From NCBI GenBank assembly GCA_965221955.1, contig CBDCTA010000026.1, forward strand, positions 1-64,000: 64,000 nucleotides of DNA, in the 5' to 3' direction. Positions 53,264-63,440 of this stretch are shown here, piece by piece (within the stretch, counting starts at the first letter, position 1; the number at the start of each line of letters is the position of its first letter). The position numbers and the translations under genes are program-made. This DNA comes from Gammaproteobacteria bacterium. GTDB lineage: Bacteria; Pseudomonadota; Gammaproteobacteria; UBA4575. The notes beneath the pieces were generated by a model. It did no database searches. It was not told the origin of the DNA and saw only the letters and a program-made list of their open reading frames with translations.

Positions 53264-54241
53264 GTGGAATTTCTTACCGATCTAATTTCAATTTTTACAA
53301 CCGATGGTATGTTTTCACCATTTGGTATGGAGACACTGATTGCAGGAATGCTGTCGGGAGTCATGTATTCACTGGTTGGAATTGGATTCGTACTAATTTA
53401 CAAATCATCAGGTGTGTTCAACTTTGCGCAGGGTACTATGTTGTTGTTTGCGGCATTGACCTATGTGAGTTTGACAGAACGTCAAGTGAATCCAGTAGTA
53501 GCTTTTGCGATCACAACCGTTGTCATGATTATTATGGGAATTGTCATTGAGCGTACTGTAATGAGGCCATTAGCCAACCGAGATTTATTATCATTGTTTA
53601 TGGCAACAGTGGGATTGAACTATTTCTTGGAAGGTTTGGCTCAAGGTACTTGGGACTCTGCAGTACATGGTTTAGATCTTGGTATTCCAAGTGATCCAAT
53701 ATTTGTTGCAGATGTTGCTAAAGAAACCTTTGGTTGGGAAAGCCCTTGGTTTGATATTTTGGTAAGTAAGTTTGATGGCTTTGCGGCCATAACTGCATTA
53801 CTCATGGTTGGTGGTTTGTACGCCTTTTTCCAATATACGCGTACAGGTTTATCACTGCGTGCGGTATCGGATGATCATATGGCTGCGCAGGCGGTTGGCA
53901 TTCCACTATCCAAAATTTGGGCGATTGTATGGGCGGTAACTGGTGTGATCACATTTATCGTTGGCATGATTTGGGCAGACCGCCTTAGTGTGTCATTCAC
54001 CTTAACTTGGGCAGTATTGAAAGGTTTGCCGGTAATTCTTATTGGTGGTTTGACCTCAATTCCGGGTTGCATTGTTGGTGGCTTAATTATTGGCGCAAGT
54101 GAAAAACTTGGCGAAATATATTTTGCAGAATTATTTGGTGGTCAAGGAATTGAACACTGGTGGGCGTATTTAACGGCACTTGTATTTATTTTAATTCGTC
54201 CAACTGGAATATTTGGTGAACGCGAAATTGAACGTGTTTAA
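53264..54241 (+). CDS. Liv-type ABC transporter permease (LivH-like)
   Basis: YKSSGVFNFAQG, GLSLRAVSDD, RPTGIFG. Confidence 0.92.
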   Translation: MEFLTDLISIFTTDGMFSPFGMETLIAGMLSGVMYSLVGIGFVLIYKSSGVFNFAQGTMLLFAALTYVSLTERQVNPVVAFAITTVVMIIMGIVIERTVMRPLANRDLLSLFMATVGLNYFLEGLAQGTWDSAVHGLDLGIPSDPIFVADVAKETFGWESPWFDILVSKFDGFAAITALLMVGGLYAFFQYTRTGLSLRAVSDDHMAAQAVGIPLSKIWAIVWAVTGVITFIVGMIWADRLSVSFTLTWAVLKGLPVILIGGLTSIPGCIVGGLIIGASEKLGEIYFAELFGGQGIEHWWAYLTALVFILIRPTGIFGEREIERV

Positions 54242-54289
54242 CAAATAAATAAAGAATAATTAAATAAAGAATTTTAGTAGAGAAAATTA

Positions 54290-55402
54290 ATGTATTACCG
54301 AGAGACAGGCCAAAACGTAAGTACCTATGCTGAAGATCGTCGCATGGTACCAGTGCGTGAAGATCGCTGGGTCATGTGGGTATTTTTAGCCTTCATGTTT
54401 TTTGTTGTGCCATTTTGGGCCAATGATTACTGGTTTAGTGCAATTCTCATTCCTATGATGGTGTTGGGTATTGCAACGTTAGGCCTAAATATTGCTACCG
54501 GTTACACGGGACAACTTTCTCTGGGTAGTGCAGGCTTTATGTGCTTTGGTGCGTTTACCGCATTTAATTTATTGTTCCGTGTCGAATGGATGAACATCTG
54601 GCTAGCCTTCTTATGTGCCGGAATAGTTGCCGGTTTAGTGGGCATTATATTTGGTTTACCGAGCCTTCGAATTAAAGGGTTTTACTTACTTGTATCTACA
54701 CTCTGTGCTCAATTTTTTGCCGAATGGTTTTTTAATGCTTATCCATGGTTTTTGAACTACACTAGTTCTGGTGTTGTGCATTTACCAACATTTCACTATC
54801 GTTTCCTTCCGTTCCAGGACCAGATTTTTGATTTCTTTGGTTTAGAAAAAGATTACAGCGCCTATGTTTGGCGCTATTTAATAGCACTTATTGTAACGGT
54901 GTTATTAACCGTTGCATGTAAGAATATGGTGCGAAGCTCTACCGGCCGTAATTGGATGGCTGTGCGTGATTTTGATATCGCTGCAAATGTAATTGGAATT
55001 TCTGTAGGAAAAACAAAACTGAATGCATTTTTCGTTAGCTGTTTCTATTGCGGAATAGCAGGGGCGATGTATTCATATTGCTACATCGGCAATCTGGATT
55101 TTATGATTTTCGATTTAAGAAGATCTTTCCTGGTTATGTTTATGTTGATTTTAGGAGGTATGGGCTCAATTATTGGTTCATTCTTAGGTGCTATATTTGT
55201 ATATGGTTGGCCAATATTATTGACAAGAAGTGCTGATGCGCTATTAGGAGGCGGAGCATTAGACACGGCATTTATTGAGAATAACTCTAAAATTATTGTA
55301 GGAACAATAATCGTGTTGTTATTAATCTATCAACCAATGGGATTTGCTGGGTTGTGGAACACGGTTAAGCATCGTTTACGCATTTGGCCGTTTAAAACGT
55401 AA
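54290..55402 (+). CDS. Liv-type ABC transporter permease (LivM-like)
   Basis: GLNIATGYTGQLSLG, PSLRIKGFY, GRNWMAVRD, LGGMGS. Confidence 0.92.
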   Translation: MYYRETGQNVSTYAEDRRMVPVREDRWVMWVFLAFMFFVVPFWANDYWFSAILIPMMVLGIATLGLNIATGYTGQLSLGSAGFMCFGAFTAFNLLFRVEWMNIWLAFLCAGIVAGLVGIIFGLPSLRIKGFYLLVSTLCAQFFAEWFFNAYPWFLNYTSSGVVHLPTFHYRFLPFQDQIFDFFGLEKDYSAYVWRYLIALIVTVLLTVACKNMVRSSTGRNWMAVRDFDIAANVIGISVGKTKLNAFFVSCFYCGIAGAMYSYCYIGNLDFMIFDLRRSFLVMFMLILGGMGSIIGSFLGAIFVYGWPILLTRSADALLGGGALDTAFIENNSKIIVGTIIVLLLIYQPMGFAGLWNTVKHRLRIWPFKT

Positions 55403-55481
55403 TAAACGGGTAAGGATAAGAATAAAAAGTTTTTTTGTATTTGTTTTCTAATTCGTTTTTAAATAAATATGAAAATGTAAG

Positions 55482-55497
55482 TAGCTTGCGCAAGCTA
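55482..55497. promoter_or_regulatory. Perfect 16-bp palindrome upstream of the binding-protein gene
   Basis: TAGCTTGCGCAAGCTA. Confidence 0.35.
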
Positions 55498-55533
55498 TTT
55501 TTTAACTAAGAAACTCTCTTTGGAGGAGTACAC

Positions 55534-56883
55534 ATGAAGAAAAAACTACTAACGTTAGTGGTAGCATTAGGATCGATGCTAGCTGTGAGTACCGCGGTAC
55601 AAGCAGAAGACACCATGTACGTACCGATTCCGAGCTACCGTGTAGGACCATATGCGGCGGGTGGAACGGGCTACTTTGGTGGCATCCTAGACTACTACAA
55701 CCTATTGAACGAAAGAGATGGCGGCGTCAATGGCGTGAAGCTCATCTGGTCAGAGTGCGAAACTGAGTACTCAGTAGAGCGCGGAGTAGAGTGCTACAAG
55801 CGACTAAAAGATCGTGAAGGTGGTGCAGTATTTTTTGACCCATTATCAGTAGGGATCTCCACAGCATTGATTGAGACTGGTCGTAAAGACAAGATGCCCA
55901 TCATTGCGGTCAACCACGGTAAGACAGCGGGCCAACGCGGCGACATCTTCCCTTACTACTTTATGCCAGGTATCAACACCTATGACGAACACTCCATTAT
56001 GGTGCACTTCATTGGTGACGTACTCGAAGGCGGACGTGACAACCTAAAAGGCAAGAAAATTGCCATGTTATACCACGGCTCTCCATACGGTCGTGAAGCG
56101 ATCGACTTCATGGACAGCATGTGTGAAAAGCACGGTTGCACCCACCACCCTCTAGAAGTCCCTCATCCAGGTAACGAACAACAATCACAATGGTTGAACA
56201 TTCGTAAATTAAAGCCTGACTATGTACTACTAAGAGGCTGGGGCGTAATGAACCCCGTAGCGATGCAGACCGCAGTACGTACCGGATACCCAGTAAGTCG
56301 TCTCATCGGCAACATCTGGTCCAACTCAGACGAAGACGTCATCCCAGCGGGTAAAGCGGCAGATGGCTACCAAGCCATTACCACCCACCCTGCAGGCACC
56401 GACTTCGCAGTGGTACAAGAAATCATCAAGACCGTATACGGTGCAGGCAACGGCGACTTACAAGACAAGTCACGTTTAGGCTCTGTGTACTGGAACCTAG
56501 GTGTATTAGCCGGCGTGGTGCATACAGAAGCACTCCGTATTGCTCAAGCTCGTTTTGGCAACCGTCCATTGACCTCTGCTGAAGCACGTTGGGGCTTTGA
56601 GAACCTACGTCTTGATGCAGCGCGCATTGAAGAGCTAGGAGCAACCGGGCTTGTGCCTGAGTTGAACCTTACTTGCCTTGACCACGTAGGCGGTCACCTT
56701 GCGAAATTCCAACAATGGGATGCAGGCAAGCGTCAGTGGAACATCGTATCGGATTGGATTGAGGGCGATGTACCTCTATCACAAGCGATCATCGATGCAG
56801 GTGCAGAGCAGTATGCAACGGATAACAAAATCGCAGCACGTCCTTGCACCGCTGACAATAATGATGATGACTTTGACTTGTAA
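55534..56883 (+). CDS. Liv-type ABC transporter periplasmic substrate-binding protein
   Basis: Signal peptide, YRVGPYA, GGVNGVKL...CETEY, YHGSPYGRE, WGVMN, DHVG; GGAGGAG RBS. Confidence 0.92.
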   Translation: MKKKLLTLVVALGSMLAVSTAVQAEDTMYVPIPSYRVGPYAAGGTGYFGGILDYYNLLNERDGGVNGVKLIWSECETEYSVERGVECYKRLKDREGGAVFFDPLSVGISTALIETGRKDKMPIIAVNHGKTAGQRGDIFPYYFMPGINTYDEHSIMVHFIGDVLEGGRDNLKGKKIAMLYHGSPYGREAIDFMDSMCEKHGCTHHPLEVPHPGNEQQSQWLNIRKLKPDYVLLRGWGVMNPVAMQTAVRTGYPVSRLIGNIWSNSDEDVIPAGKAADGYQAITTHPAGTDFAVVQEIIKTVYGAGNGDLQDKSRLGSVYWNLGVLAGVVHTEALRIAQARFGNRPLTSAEARWGFENLRLDAARIEELGATGLVPELNLTCLDHVGGHLAKFQQWDAGKRQWNIVSDWIEGDVPLSQAIIDAGAEQYATDNKIAARPCTADNNDDDFDL

Positions 56884-56910
56884 GATTTAAATATAAGTTT
56901 TAAATCATTT

Positions 56911-56963
56911 ATTTCTTCGCAGCCGGTCAGCCTAAATTAGTTGACCGGCTGTTTGAAGAAAAT
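56911..56963 (+). terminator. Stem-loop after the binding-protein gene (partial terminator or mRNA stabiliser)
   Basis: TTTCTTC-GCAGCCGGTCA...TGACCGGCTGT-TTGAAGAAA. Confidence 0.6.
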
Positions 56964-57057
56964 AGATAGTTAAAAAAGGAGTGAATTCTGATTTGTTAAA
57001 GCGATTTAATAACTAATAAATCAGAGTTTTCTTGAAAAAGATTTAAGGGAAATAGTT

Positions 57058-57864
57058 ATGAGCGATACACCATTACTTTCAATTAATAATATTGAAGCAG
57101 TTTATGGTGGTGCAATTTTGGCACTACGTGGTGTTTCATTGAATGTAAATAAAGGCGAAGTGGTTTCTTTGCTTGGTGCCAATGGTGCAGGTAAGACTAC
57201 GACCTTGAAAGCCTGTTCACGCTTACTTGAAGCAGAGCGTGGCGAAGTGACCAAAGGTGAAATTGAACTCAATGGCGAAGATATTTCCAAGTACAATGCT
57301 TATGAAATGGTTAGAAACGGTGTTGTACAAGTTTTGGAAGGTCGTCATATCTTTGCGCACTTGTCGGTTGAAGAGAACTTAAAAACAGGTTCATTTATTC
57401 AAAACATGAGCAAGGCCGAACAAAATAGAGGTCTAGAACACGTATACGAATTATTCCCACGTATTAAAGAACGACGTAAGAACCCTGGTGGTTTATGTTC
57501 GGGTGGTGAGCAGCAAATGATTGCGGTTGGTCGTGCATTGATGTCAAAACCAAGTCTAATTCTTTTAGACGAACCTTCAATGGGTCTTGCACCTCAGTTT
57601 ATTGAGCAAATTTTTGAAATTGTAAAACGTCTTAACGAAGAAGAAGGTGTGAGCTTTCTAGTATCTGAGCAAAATGCAATGGTTGCATTACGTTATGCAT
57701 CGATCGGTTATGTGATTGAAAATGGCCGCGTAGTGAAGAAAGGCTTAGCCAAAGAATTACTCGAATCATCTGACGTTGCAGAAATGTATTTGGGTGGTGG
57801 TAAGGATGCGGTTTCGTTTGATGGGGTGAAGTACTATCACCGTCGTAGACCTTGCATGGTTTGA
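57058..57864 (+). CDS. Liv-type ABC transporter ATP-binding subunit (LivF-like)
   Basis: GANGAGKTT, EGRHIF, SGGEQQM, LDEPSMGLAP, EQN. Confidence 0.93.
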   Translation: MSDTPLLSINNIEAVYGGAILALRGVSLNVNKGEVVSLLGANGAGKTTTLKACSRLLEAERGEVTKGEIELNGEDISKYNAYEMVRNGVVQVLEGRHIFAHLSVEENLKTGSFIQNMSKAEQNRGLEHVYELFPRIKERRKNPGGLCSGGEQQMIAVGRALMSKPSLILLDEPSMGLAPQFIEQIFEIVKRLNEEEGVSFLVSEQNAMVALRYASIGYVIENGRVVKKGLAKELLESSDVAEMYLGGGKDAVSFDGVKYYHRRRPCMV

Positions 57865-57879
57865 TTAGCACAAATCCAT

Positions 57880-57980
57880 CTACTGCGCTGATACTTCGTT
57901 CCAAATCTTTTTCCGTTGCTCATTTACTAGCGTGTAAACTGCGCTATTCAAAAGCTTTGCGCCTCGGCTCAGCACACTAG
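57880..57980. repeat. Short structured intergenic repeat (copy 2)
   Basis: CTTCGTT...GCTCATTTACTAGCGTGTAAACTGCGCT...GCCTCG, same layout as 19087-19173. Confidence 0.55.
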
Positions 57981-58065
57981 CTGAATTCCTTAGGGTCTAC
58001 TAAAACTCGGCGCTTTCTCGTTCCCACAATAAAATAACTGTTTAATAAGTAACTTATAGTCATAA

Positions 58066-58095
58066 AATGCGTGTTAACAACTCAATGCGGATATT
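58066..58095 (+). repeat. Degenerate palindromic cassette site (type B)
   Basis: AATGCGTGTT-AACAACTCAA-TGCGGATATT, 22/30 identical to the type B consensus. Confidence 0.45.
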
Positions 58096-58151
58096 CAAGC
58101 AATTAATTAAATAATTTGCTCAAATTTTACAATCACTCAATAATCATTAAT

Positions 58152-58466
58152 TCACTTATCAAGCAAACAATCTTTTTTTTGTATTCCGGCACTACCTCCA
58201 TATTCAGTTTTTTCACTTATGCTCAATGTTAATCTAAGCTTTGATTCTTCTACAACATAATGGGCTGCTTCTATTTTTAAACTGTGTGGATACAAGAAAT
58301 CTTCAGTTTTTTTAATATGCTTGAAGCAACTCTTTATGTCTTTTTTTGTGACTAATTCATCAGGTGCTTTAGTTTCTGAATACGCAATATTAAATGTTAC
58401 AAGACTAATTAGTAATCCTACTCCAAATCCAGTAACCATCTTTGTGAAGGTTCTCTTGTCTTTCAT
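58152..58466 (-). CDS. Hypothetical exported or membrane-anchored protein
   Basis: N-terminal hydrophobic segment, two Cys, AT-rich; ATG 58466 after GGAG (ORF track extends to 58508). Confidence 0.65.
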   Translation of the reverse strand: MKDKRTFTKMVTGFGVGLLISLVTFNIAYSETKAPDELVTKKDIKSCFKHIKKTEDFLYPHSLKIEAAHYVVEESKLRLTLSISEKTEYGGSAGIQKKDCLLDK

Positions 58467-58669
58467 ACATGCTCCAAAAATAATTTTTTGTGTAATTAAT
58501 AGACCCAAGTAATGTTGATATTATCACTAAGCTAATAGAACGAATATTTTTAAAGCATTGTTCTTTAAAGAAAGTGCCATAAGGCCACATTATGAAATTT
58601 ACTAGTCATTTTAGGCTGGGTAGAGAATTCTTACTAAGCTGAGTATTTATATAGATATTATTAATCAAT

Positions 58670-58697
58670 AATGACGCTTTGATAGAAAGCAGACAAT
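58670..58697 (+). repeat. Degenerate palindromic cassette site (type A-like)
   Basis: AATGACGCT-TTGATAGAA-AGCAGACAAT directly abutting the stop codon of the MBL gene. Confidence 0.4.
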
Positions 58698-59651
58698 TTA
58701 AGCAGCTTTTTCTAGTCGACTTAGCCAGACGTTTAGCCCTGCAGCGTTAAGGTTGAGGTCGGGTTGCAGGAATTGAGTGAATTGTTTTATTTCTTGGTTC
58801 GTATAGTTTTCTTGCAGTCTTTCTTGTAAGTAATTATCTAAATCACTGCGGATCTTTTTTTCTGAATCTTCAGTGTTCAAATATTGCTTGGTAATTTCTG
58901 CATATTTTGCAAGATCTTGTCGTAATTCGTTAGCGAGTCTTTCTATTTCTGTTACACGTCCAAAGTGGGTGAGGTAAATATACTTTGGATGTAATGCAAG
59001 TAGCTTATCTAGAGAGTTAAACCACGGTTCTGGTTCGAATTGAACTGGGGTGGTAGTGGGTAAAATAAAATCAGAATTATCTTTTTGCATTTCGCGGTAC
59101 GATAAACCAAAGGTATCACCGCTGAAAATGCCACTACTCGTTTCGTCATAGATACAAAAGTGGTGGCGAGCATGACCAGGGGTGTCTAGAAATTTTAGTG
59201 TTCTATTGGCAAGTTTTATTTCATCGTTATCATTGGTAGTGACTACGCGTTGTTCTTCAATTGGAACAATTTCGCCAAATAGTTTTGTAAACTTTTCTTT
59301 TCCATATACTGCGGTGGCGCCCATAATTAATTTTTCAGGATTAATCATGTGAGGGGCTCCACGTGGGTGAATAACCAATTTTGCATTGGGTAGTTTGCTC
59401 ATTAGCAAACCTGCACCACCAGCGTGATCAAGATGCACATGGGTGGGTATTACATAGTCGATATCATTGATGCTTAAATTTTTAAGCTTTAATGTTTCTA
59501 ATAAATAAGGAACAGTATGTCCGGTGCCTGTATCAATAAAAACAGCGCGTCCATTTTGAATCATAAGGTAACAAGCTGCATGACCTGCATGTTGATACAT
59601 AGTGTCAATGCATGTAATACCATGCTCATATTCGTGCAAAAGTGGTTTCAT
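58698..59651 (-). CDS. MBL-fold metallo-hydrolase
   Basis: THVHLDHAGG, TPGHARHH, GD, THFG. Confidence 0.92.
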   Translation of the reverse strand: MKPLLHEYEHGITCIDTMYQHAGHAACYLMIQNGRAVFIDTGTGHTVPYLLETLKLKNLSINDIDYVIPTHVHLDHAGGAGLLMSKLPNAKLVIHPRGAPHMINPEKLIMGATAVYGKEKFTKLFGEIVPIEEQRVVTTNDNDEIKLANRTLKFLDTPGHARHHFCIYDETSSGIFSGDTFGLSYREMQKDNSDFILPTTTPVQFEPEPWFNSLDKLLALHPKYIYLTHFGRVTEIERLANELRQDLAKYAEITKQYLNTEDSEKKIRSDLDNYLQERLQENYTNQEIKQFTQFLQPDLNLNAAGLNVWLSRLEKAA

Positions 59652-59669
59652 TCGATGTTAACGTTTGGT

Positions 59670-60152
59670 TTATTTAAGCAGATTCGTTGCGCTGACGATG
59701 ATGCCATCTTCGTCTGCATATAAAAAATGTCCTGGAACAAAATCTACATCGGCAAAATGAACAGTGAGTTGTTTTTCGCCAATGCCTTTTTTCTCTGTTT
59801 TCATTGGTAATGTGCATAATGCTTTGCAGCCAATATTGATGGTAGCGATGACTCCTGAATCGCGGATACAACCATTCACTACAATCCCAGACCAATGATT
59901 ATCCGCACCTGCTTGTGCGAGCAAGTCACCTACTAGCGCACGACGAGTTGATCCACCACCATCTATGACAAGTACTTTACTGTCACCAGGTGATTTGAGT
60001 GCTTCTCTTACGAGTGAATTATCTTCAAAACATTTGATGGTATAAATTTCTCCAGAGAATGAGAGGCTACCGCCATAGTTTCTAAACAGTGGTTGGGCAA
60101 CAGAGATTTTTCCTTCATGATCGTCACATAAGTCTGCTGTTTTAAATTGCAT
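59670..60152 (-). CDS. rraA: RraA family protein (regulator of RNase E / HMG aldolase-like)
   Basis: TADLCD, KCFEDN, VLVIDGGGS, G.VVNGCIRD, YADEDG. Confidence 0.93.
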   Translation of the reverse strand: MQFKTADLCDDHEGKISVAQPLFRNYGGSLSFSGEIYTIKCFEDNSLVREALKSPGDSKVLVIDGGGSTRRALVGDLLAQAGADNHWSGIVVNGCIRDSGVIATINIGCKALCTLPMKTEKKGIGEKQLTVHFADVDFVPGHFLYADEDGIIVSATNLLK

Positions 60153-60426
60153 AAATTTTTTCCTTCTTATTGTCTTCTAGTAAGAGTGATCTACTGAATT
60201 CTCAGCGTAAGGCTTCTTAATATACCCCATGATAGGTAGCAAAAGCGTCATTTAAACGGACTCAAATAACAAACTTATTTCCCTATTCATGACTTGCATG
60301 ACCGATCACTCATTTTTTATAGTCAGGCTAAATTAGGATCTGGTAATATACACGGCCCACAGACATTTGTGGGATTGGGAGTCGAATTTTTAAATTTCAC
60401 AGAAGGGCTTTTTCAAGGAGAAGATC

Positions 60427-61752
60427 GTGAGCAAGAGCAGAGCAGAGCAGATAAAAGAATTAGAACAAGATTGGGCGAGTAACCCGCGTTGGGCAAATGT
60501 TAAACGTGATTACAGTGCTGAAGATGTTGTGCGTCTACGTGGCAGTGTACAGCCTGAACACACTCTTGCACGTAGAGGCGCTGAAAAACTTTGGGAAAAA
60601 GTAAATGGCACAGCGAAAAAAGGTTATGTAAATGCTTTTGGTGCGATCACTGCTGGACAAGCGATGCAACAAGCTAAGGCAGGTTTAGAAGCCGTTTATT
60701 TATCAGGTTGGCAGGTTGCTGCAGATGGCAACACTTCTGAAACGATGTATCCAGATCAATCTTTATATGCATACGATTCTGTTCCTACCATGGTACGACG
60801 CATCAACAATACGTTTAAGCGTGCAGACGAAATTCAGTGGAAAAACATTGCTGATGGAAAAATGTCTGAAGACGATGCGATTGATTACTTTCTTCCAATC
60901 GTTGCGGATGCTGAAGCAGGTTTCGGTGGTGTGTTAAACGCTTATGAGTTAATGAAAAACATGATCGCAAATGGTGCTGCAGGTGCGCACTTTGAAGATC
61001 AGCTTGCAGCGGTTAAGAAGTGTGGTCACATGGGTGGTAAAGTGTTAGTGCCTACACAGGAAGCAGTACAAAAATTATTGGCTGCTCGTTTAGCTGCAGA
61101 TGTTATGAGTGTGCCTACCATTGTTCTAGCTCGTACAGATGCAGAAGCGGCAAACTTATTAACCAGTGATTTTGACGACAATGACAAGCCTTTCTTAACA
61201 GGCGAGCGTACTCAAGAAGGTTTTTATCGTGTGAAGAATGGTTTAGAGCAAGCTATTAGTCGCGGTGTTGCCTACGCGCCTTACGCAGATTTAGTGTGGT
61301 GTGAAACAGGTAAACCTGATATTGGTTTTGCGCGTGAATTTGCACAAGCAGTGCAAGCTGCTGTTCCTGGGCAAATCATGTCATATAACTGTTCGCCTTC
61401 ATTTAACTGGAGGAAGAACTTAAGCGATTCACAAATTGCAAGTTTCCAAGAAGAGCTTTCTGATTTAGGTTACAAATTCCAGTTCATCACCTTGGCGGGT
61501 ATTCACCTTAATTGGTACCGTACTTTCGACTTAGCGTACAACTACGCACGAGGTGAAGGTATGAAGCACTATGTCGATATGGTTCAAGAGCCTGAATTTG
61601 ATGGTCGTGAGCGAGGCTATACTTTCGTTTCTCACCAGCAAGAAGTAGGTGCAGGATATTTCGACGATGTTACTACTGTAATCCAAGGTGGCTCATCTTC
61701 CGTTACAGCATTAACGGGTTCTACAGAAGAAGAGCAATTTGACGAAAAATAA
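60427..61752 (+). CDS. aceA: Isocitrate lyase
   Basis: [43 protein letters not shown]; GTG start. Confidence 0.99.
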   Translation: MSKSRAEQIKELEQDWASNPRWANVKRDYSAEDVVRLRGSVQPEHTLARRGAEKLWEKVNGTAKKGYVNAFGAITAGQAMQQAKAGLEAVYLSGWQVAADGNTSETMYPDQSLYAYDSVPTMVRRINNTFKRADEIQWKNIADGKMSEDDAIDYFLPIVADAEAGFGGVLNAYELMKNMIANGAAGAHFEDQLAAVKKCGHMGGKVLVPTQEAVQKLLAARLAADVMSVPTIVLARTDAEAANLLTSDFDDNDKPFLTGERTQEGFYRVKNGLEQAISRGVAYAPYADLVWCETGKPDIGFAREFAQAVQAAVPGQIMSYNCSPSFNWRKNLSDSQIASFQEELSDLGYKFQFITLAGIHLNWYRTFDLAYNYARGEGMKHYVDMVQEPEFDGRERGYTFVSHQQEVGAGYFDDVTTVIQGGSSSVTALTGSTEEEQFDEK

Positions 61753-61769
61753 TTAAAATAAAATCTAGT

Positions 61770-61805
61770 AAAGCCCGGTATGTTATTCACATATCGGGTT
61801 TTTTT
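61770..61805 (+). terminator. Intrinsic terminator after aceA
   Basis: AAAGCCCGGTATGT...ACATATCGGGTTTTTTT. Confidence 0.75.
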
Positions 61806-61902
61806 GTGTCTATAGTTTGAAAGGGCTTGTTAATAAAGCATGTCTTTATTATATAAACTATAATCAAACTTAATTTATAAAAACAAAATTCAAGGACTAT
61901 TA

Positions 61903-63261
61903 ATGGCGAATCAGCCTTACCAACATGTTCAAGTTCCTGCTGATGGTGAAGTCATTCAGCTTAACTCTGACAATACATTACAAGTGCCAGACAACCCTAT
62001 TATTCCTTTTGTAGAAGGCGACGGAATAGGGATTGATGTGACGCCAGTGATGCGCCGAGTGGTTACTTCAGCAGTTGATCAAGCTTATGAGAAGAAGCGT
62101 CGAATACGCTGGATGGAAATTTATGCAGGAGAGAAAGCATCGCGATTATATGGTGCGGCGAGTTTTTTGCCTGAAGAAACACTTGATGTAATGCGTGAGT
62201 ACATTGTTTCTATTAAAGGTCCGCTTGCAACTCCGGTAGGCGAAGGTATGCGATCGTTAAATGTGTCGATACGTCAAGTGTTAGATCTGTATGCATGTGT
62301 GCGACCGATTCGTTATTTTTCAGGAACCCCTACTCCACTTAGAGATTCAGGTACAACCGACATGGTGATCTTCCGTGAAAATACTGAAGATATTTATGCA
62401 GGTATTGAATGGGAAGCAATGAGTGCAGAGGCTAAAAAAGTTATTAAGTTTTTGTCTGAAGAAATGGGTGTTACAAAAATCCGTTTTCCTGAAACTTCTG
62501 GAATTGGGGTTAAACCCGTATCTAAAGAAGGTTCTGAACGTTTAATACGAAAAGCAATTCAATACGCAGTAGATAATGATAGAGACAATGTTTCTTTAGT
62601 GCATAAAGGTAATATTATGAAATTTACCGAAGGTGCATTTCGAAACTGGGGATTTGAATTAGCTGTTCGTGAATTTGGCGCTGAACTTATTGGTGATGGA
62701 CCATGGTGTAAATTTAATAATCCAAATACAGGTAAAGAAATAATAATTAAAGACGTAATTGCAGATAATTTTTTACAACAAATTCTTTTAAACCCAGAAG
62801 ACTATGATGTCATTGCGACATTAAACTTAAATGGTGATTATATTTCAGATGCACTTGCAGCACAGGTGGGTGGAATCGGTATAGCGCCGGGCGGTAATAT
62901 TTCTGACAGTGTTGCGGTGTTTGAAGCGACACACGGCACTGCACCAGGATTTGCAGGCAAGAATCGTGTTAATCCAGGTTCGATTATTTTATCTGCGGAG
63001 ATGATGTTACGATATATAGGTTGGGATGAAGCTGCAGACTTAATCGTAAAAGGCGTTGAGGGTGCGATTGCTGCAAGAACGGTTACTTATGATTTAGCTC
63101 GTGCACGGGCAGGATTCACTGCTAGAGGCGCAAAAGGCCGTCGTCCTGGAACTTCTAAAGAAGTTCAAGAGGATCTCGAGCGCTTAATGCCAGGTGCTAC
63201 ATTAGTCAGCACCTCTGGATTTGGCGAAGAAATAATCAAAAATATGTCTCTAGAAATTTAG
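61903..63261 (+). CDS. icd: Isocitrate dehydrogenase (homodimeric E. coli type)
   Basis: [51 protein letters not shown]. Confidence 0.97.
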   Translation: MANQPYQHVQVPADGEVIQLNSDNTLQVPDNPIIPFVEGDGIGIDVTPVMRRVVTSAVDQAYEKKRRIRWMEIYAGEKASRLYGAASFLPEETLDVMREYIVSIKGPLATPVGEGMRSLNVSIRQVLDLYACVRPIRYFSGTPTPLRDSGTTDMVIFRENTEDIYAGIEWEAMSAEAKKVIKFLSEEMGVTKIRFPETSGIGVKPVSKEGSERLIRKAIQYAVDNDRDNVSLVHKGNIMKFTEGAFRNWGFELAVREFGAELIGDGPWCKFNNPNTGKEIIIKDVIADNFLQQILLNPEDYDVIATLNLNGDYISDALAAQVGGIGIAPGGNISDSVAVFEATHGTAPGFAGKNRVNPGSIILSAEMMLRYIGWDEAADLIVKGVEGAIAARTVTYDLARARAGFTARGAKGRRPGTSKEVQEDLERLMPGATLVSTSGFGEEIIKNMSLEI

Positions 63262-63440
63262 GAAAATCAAGGTCTAACCGATAATTATTAATGTTTCTCA
63301 TGTAATATAGGGACTTGCATTACTTGAATGATACGTATTCAAGTGCAATGTGAAAAAGTGATGCAATATTTATATAGTAGCTAATAAGTCTCTTTCTTTA
63401 TAATTAATGGTTTCTATAGTACTTAAACCCAGGATTAAAC

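Noticed and set aside
58562-58591. Possible extra cassette site ending AGGCCACATT
   Set aside because: Left arm absent; too weak to call.
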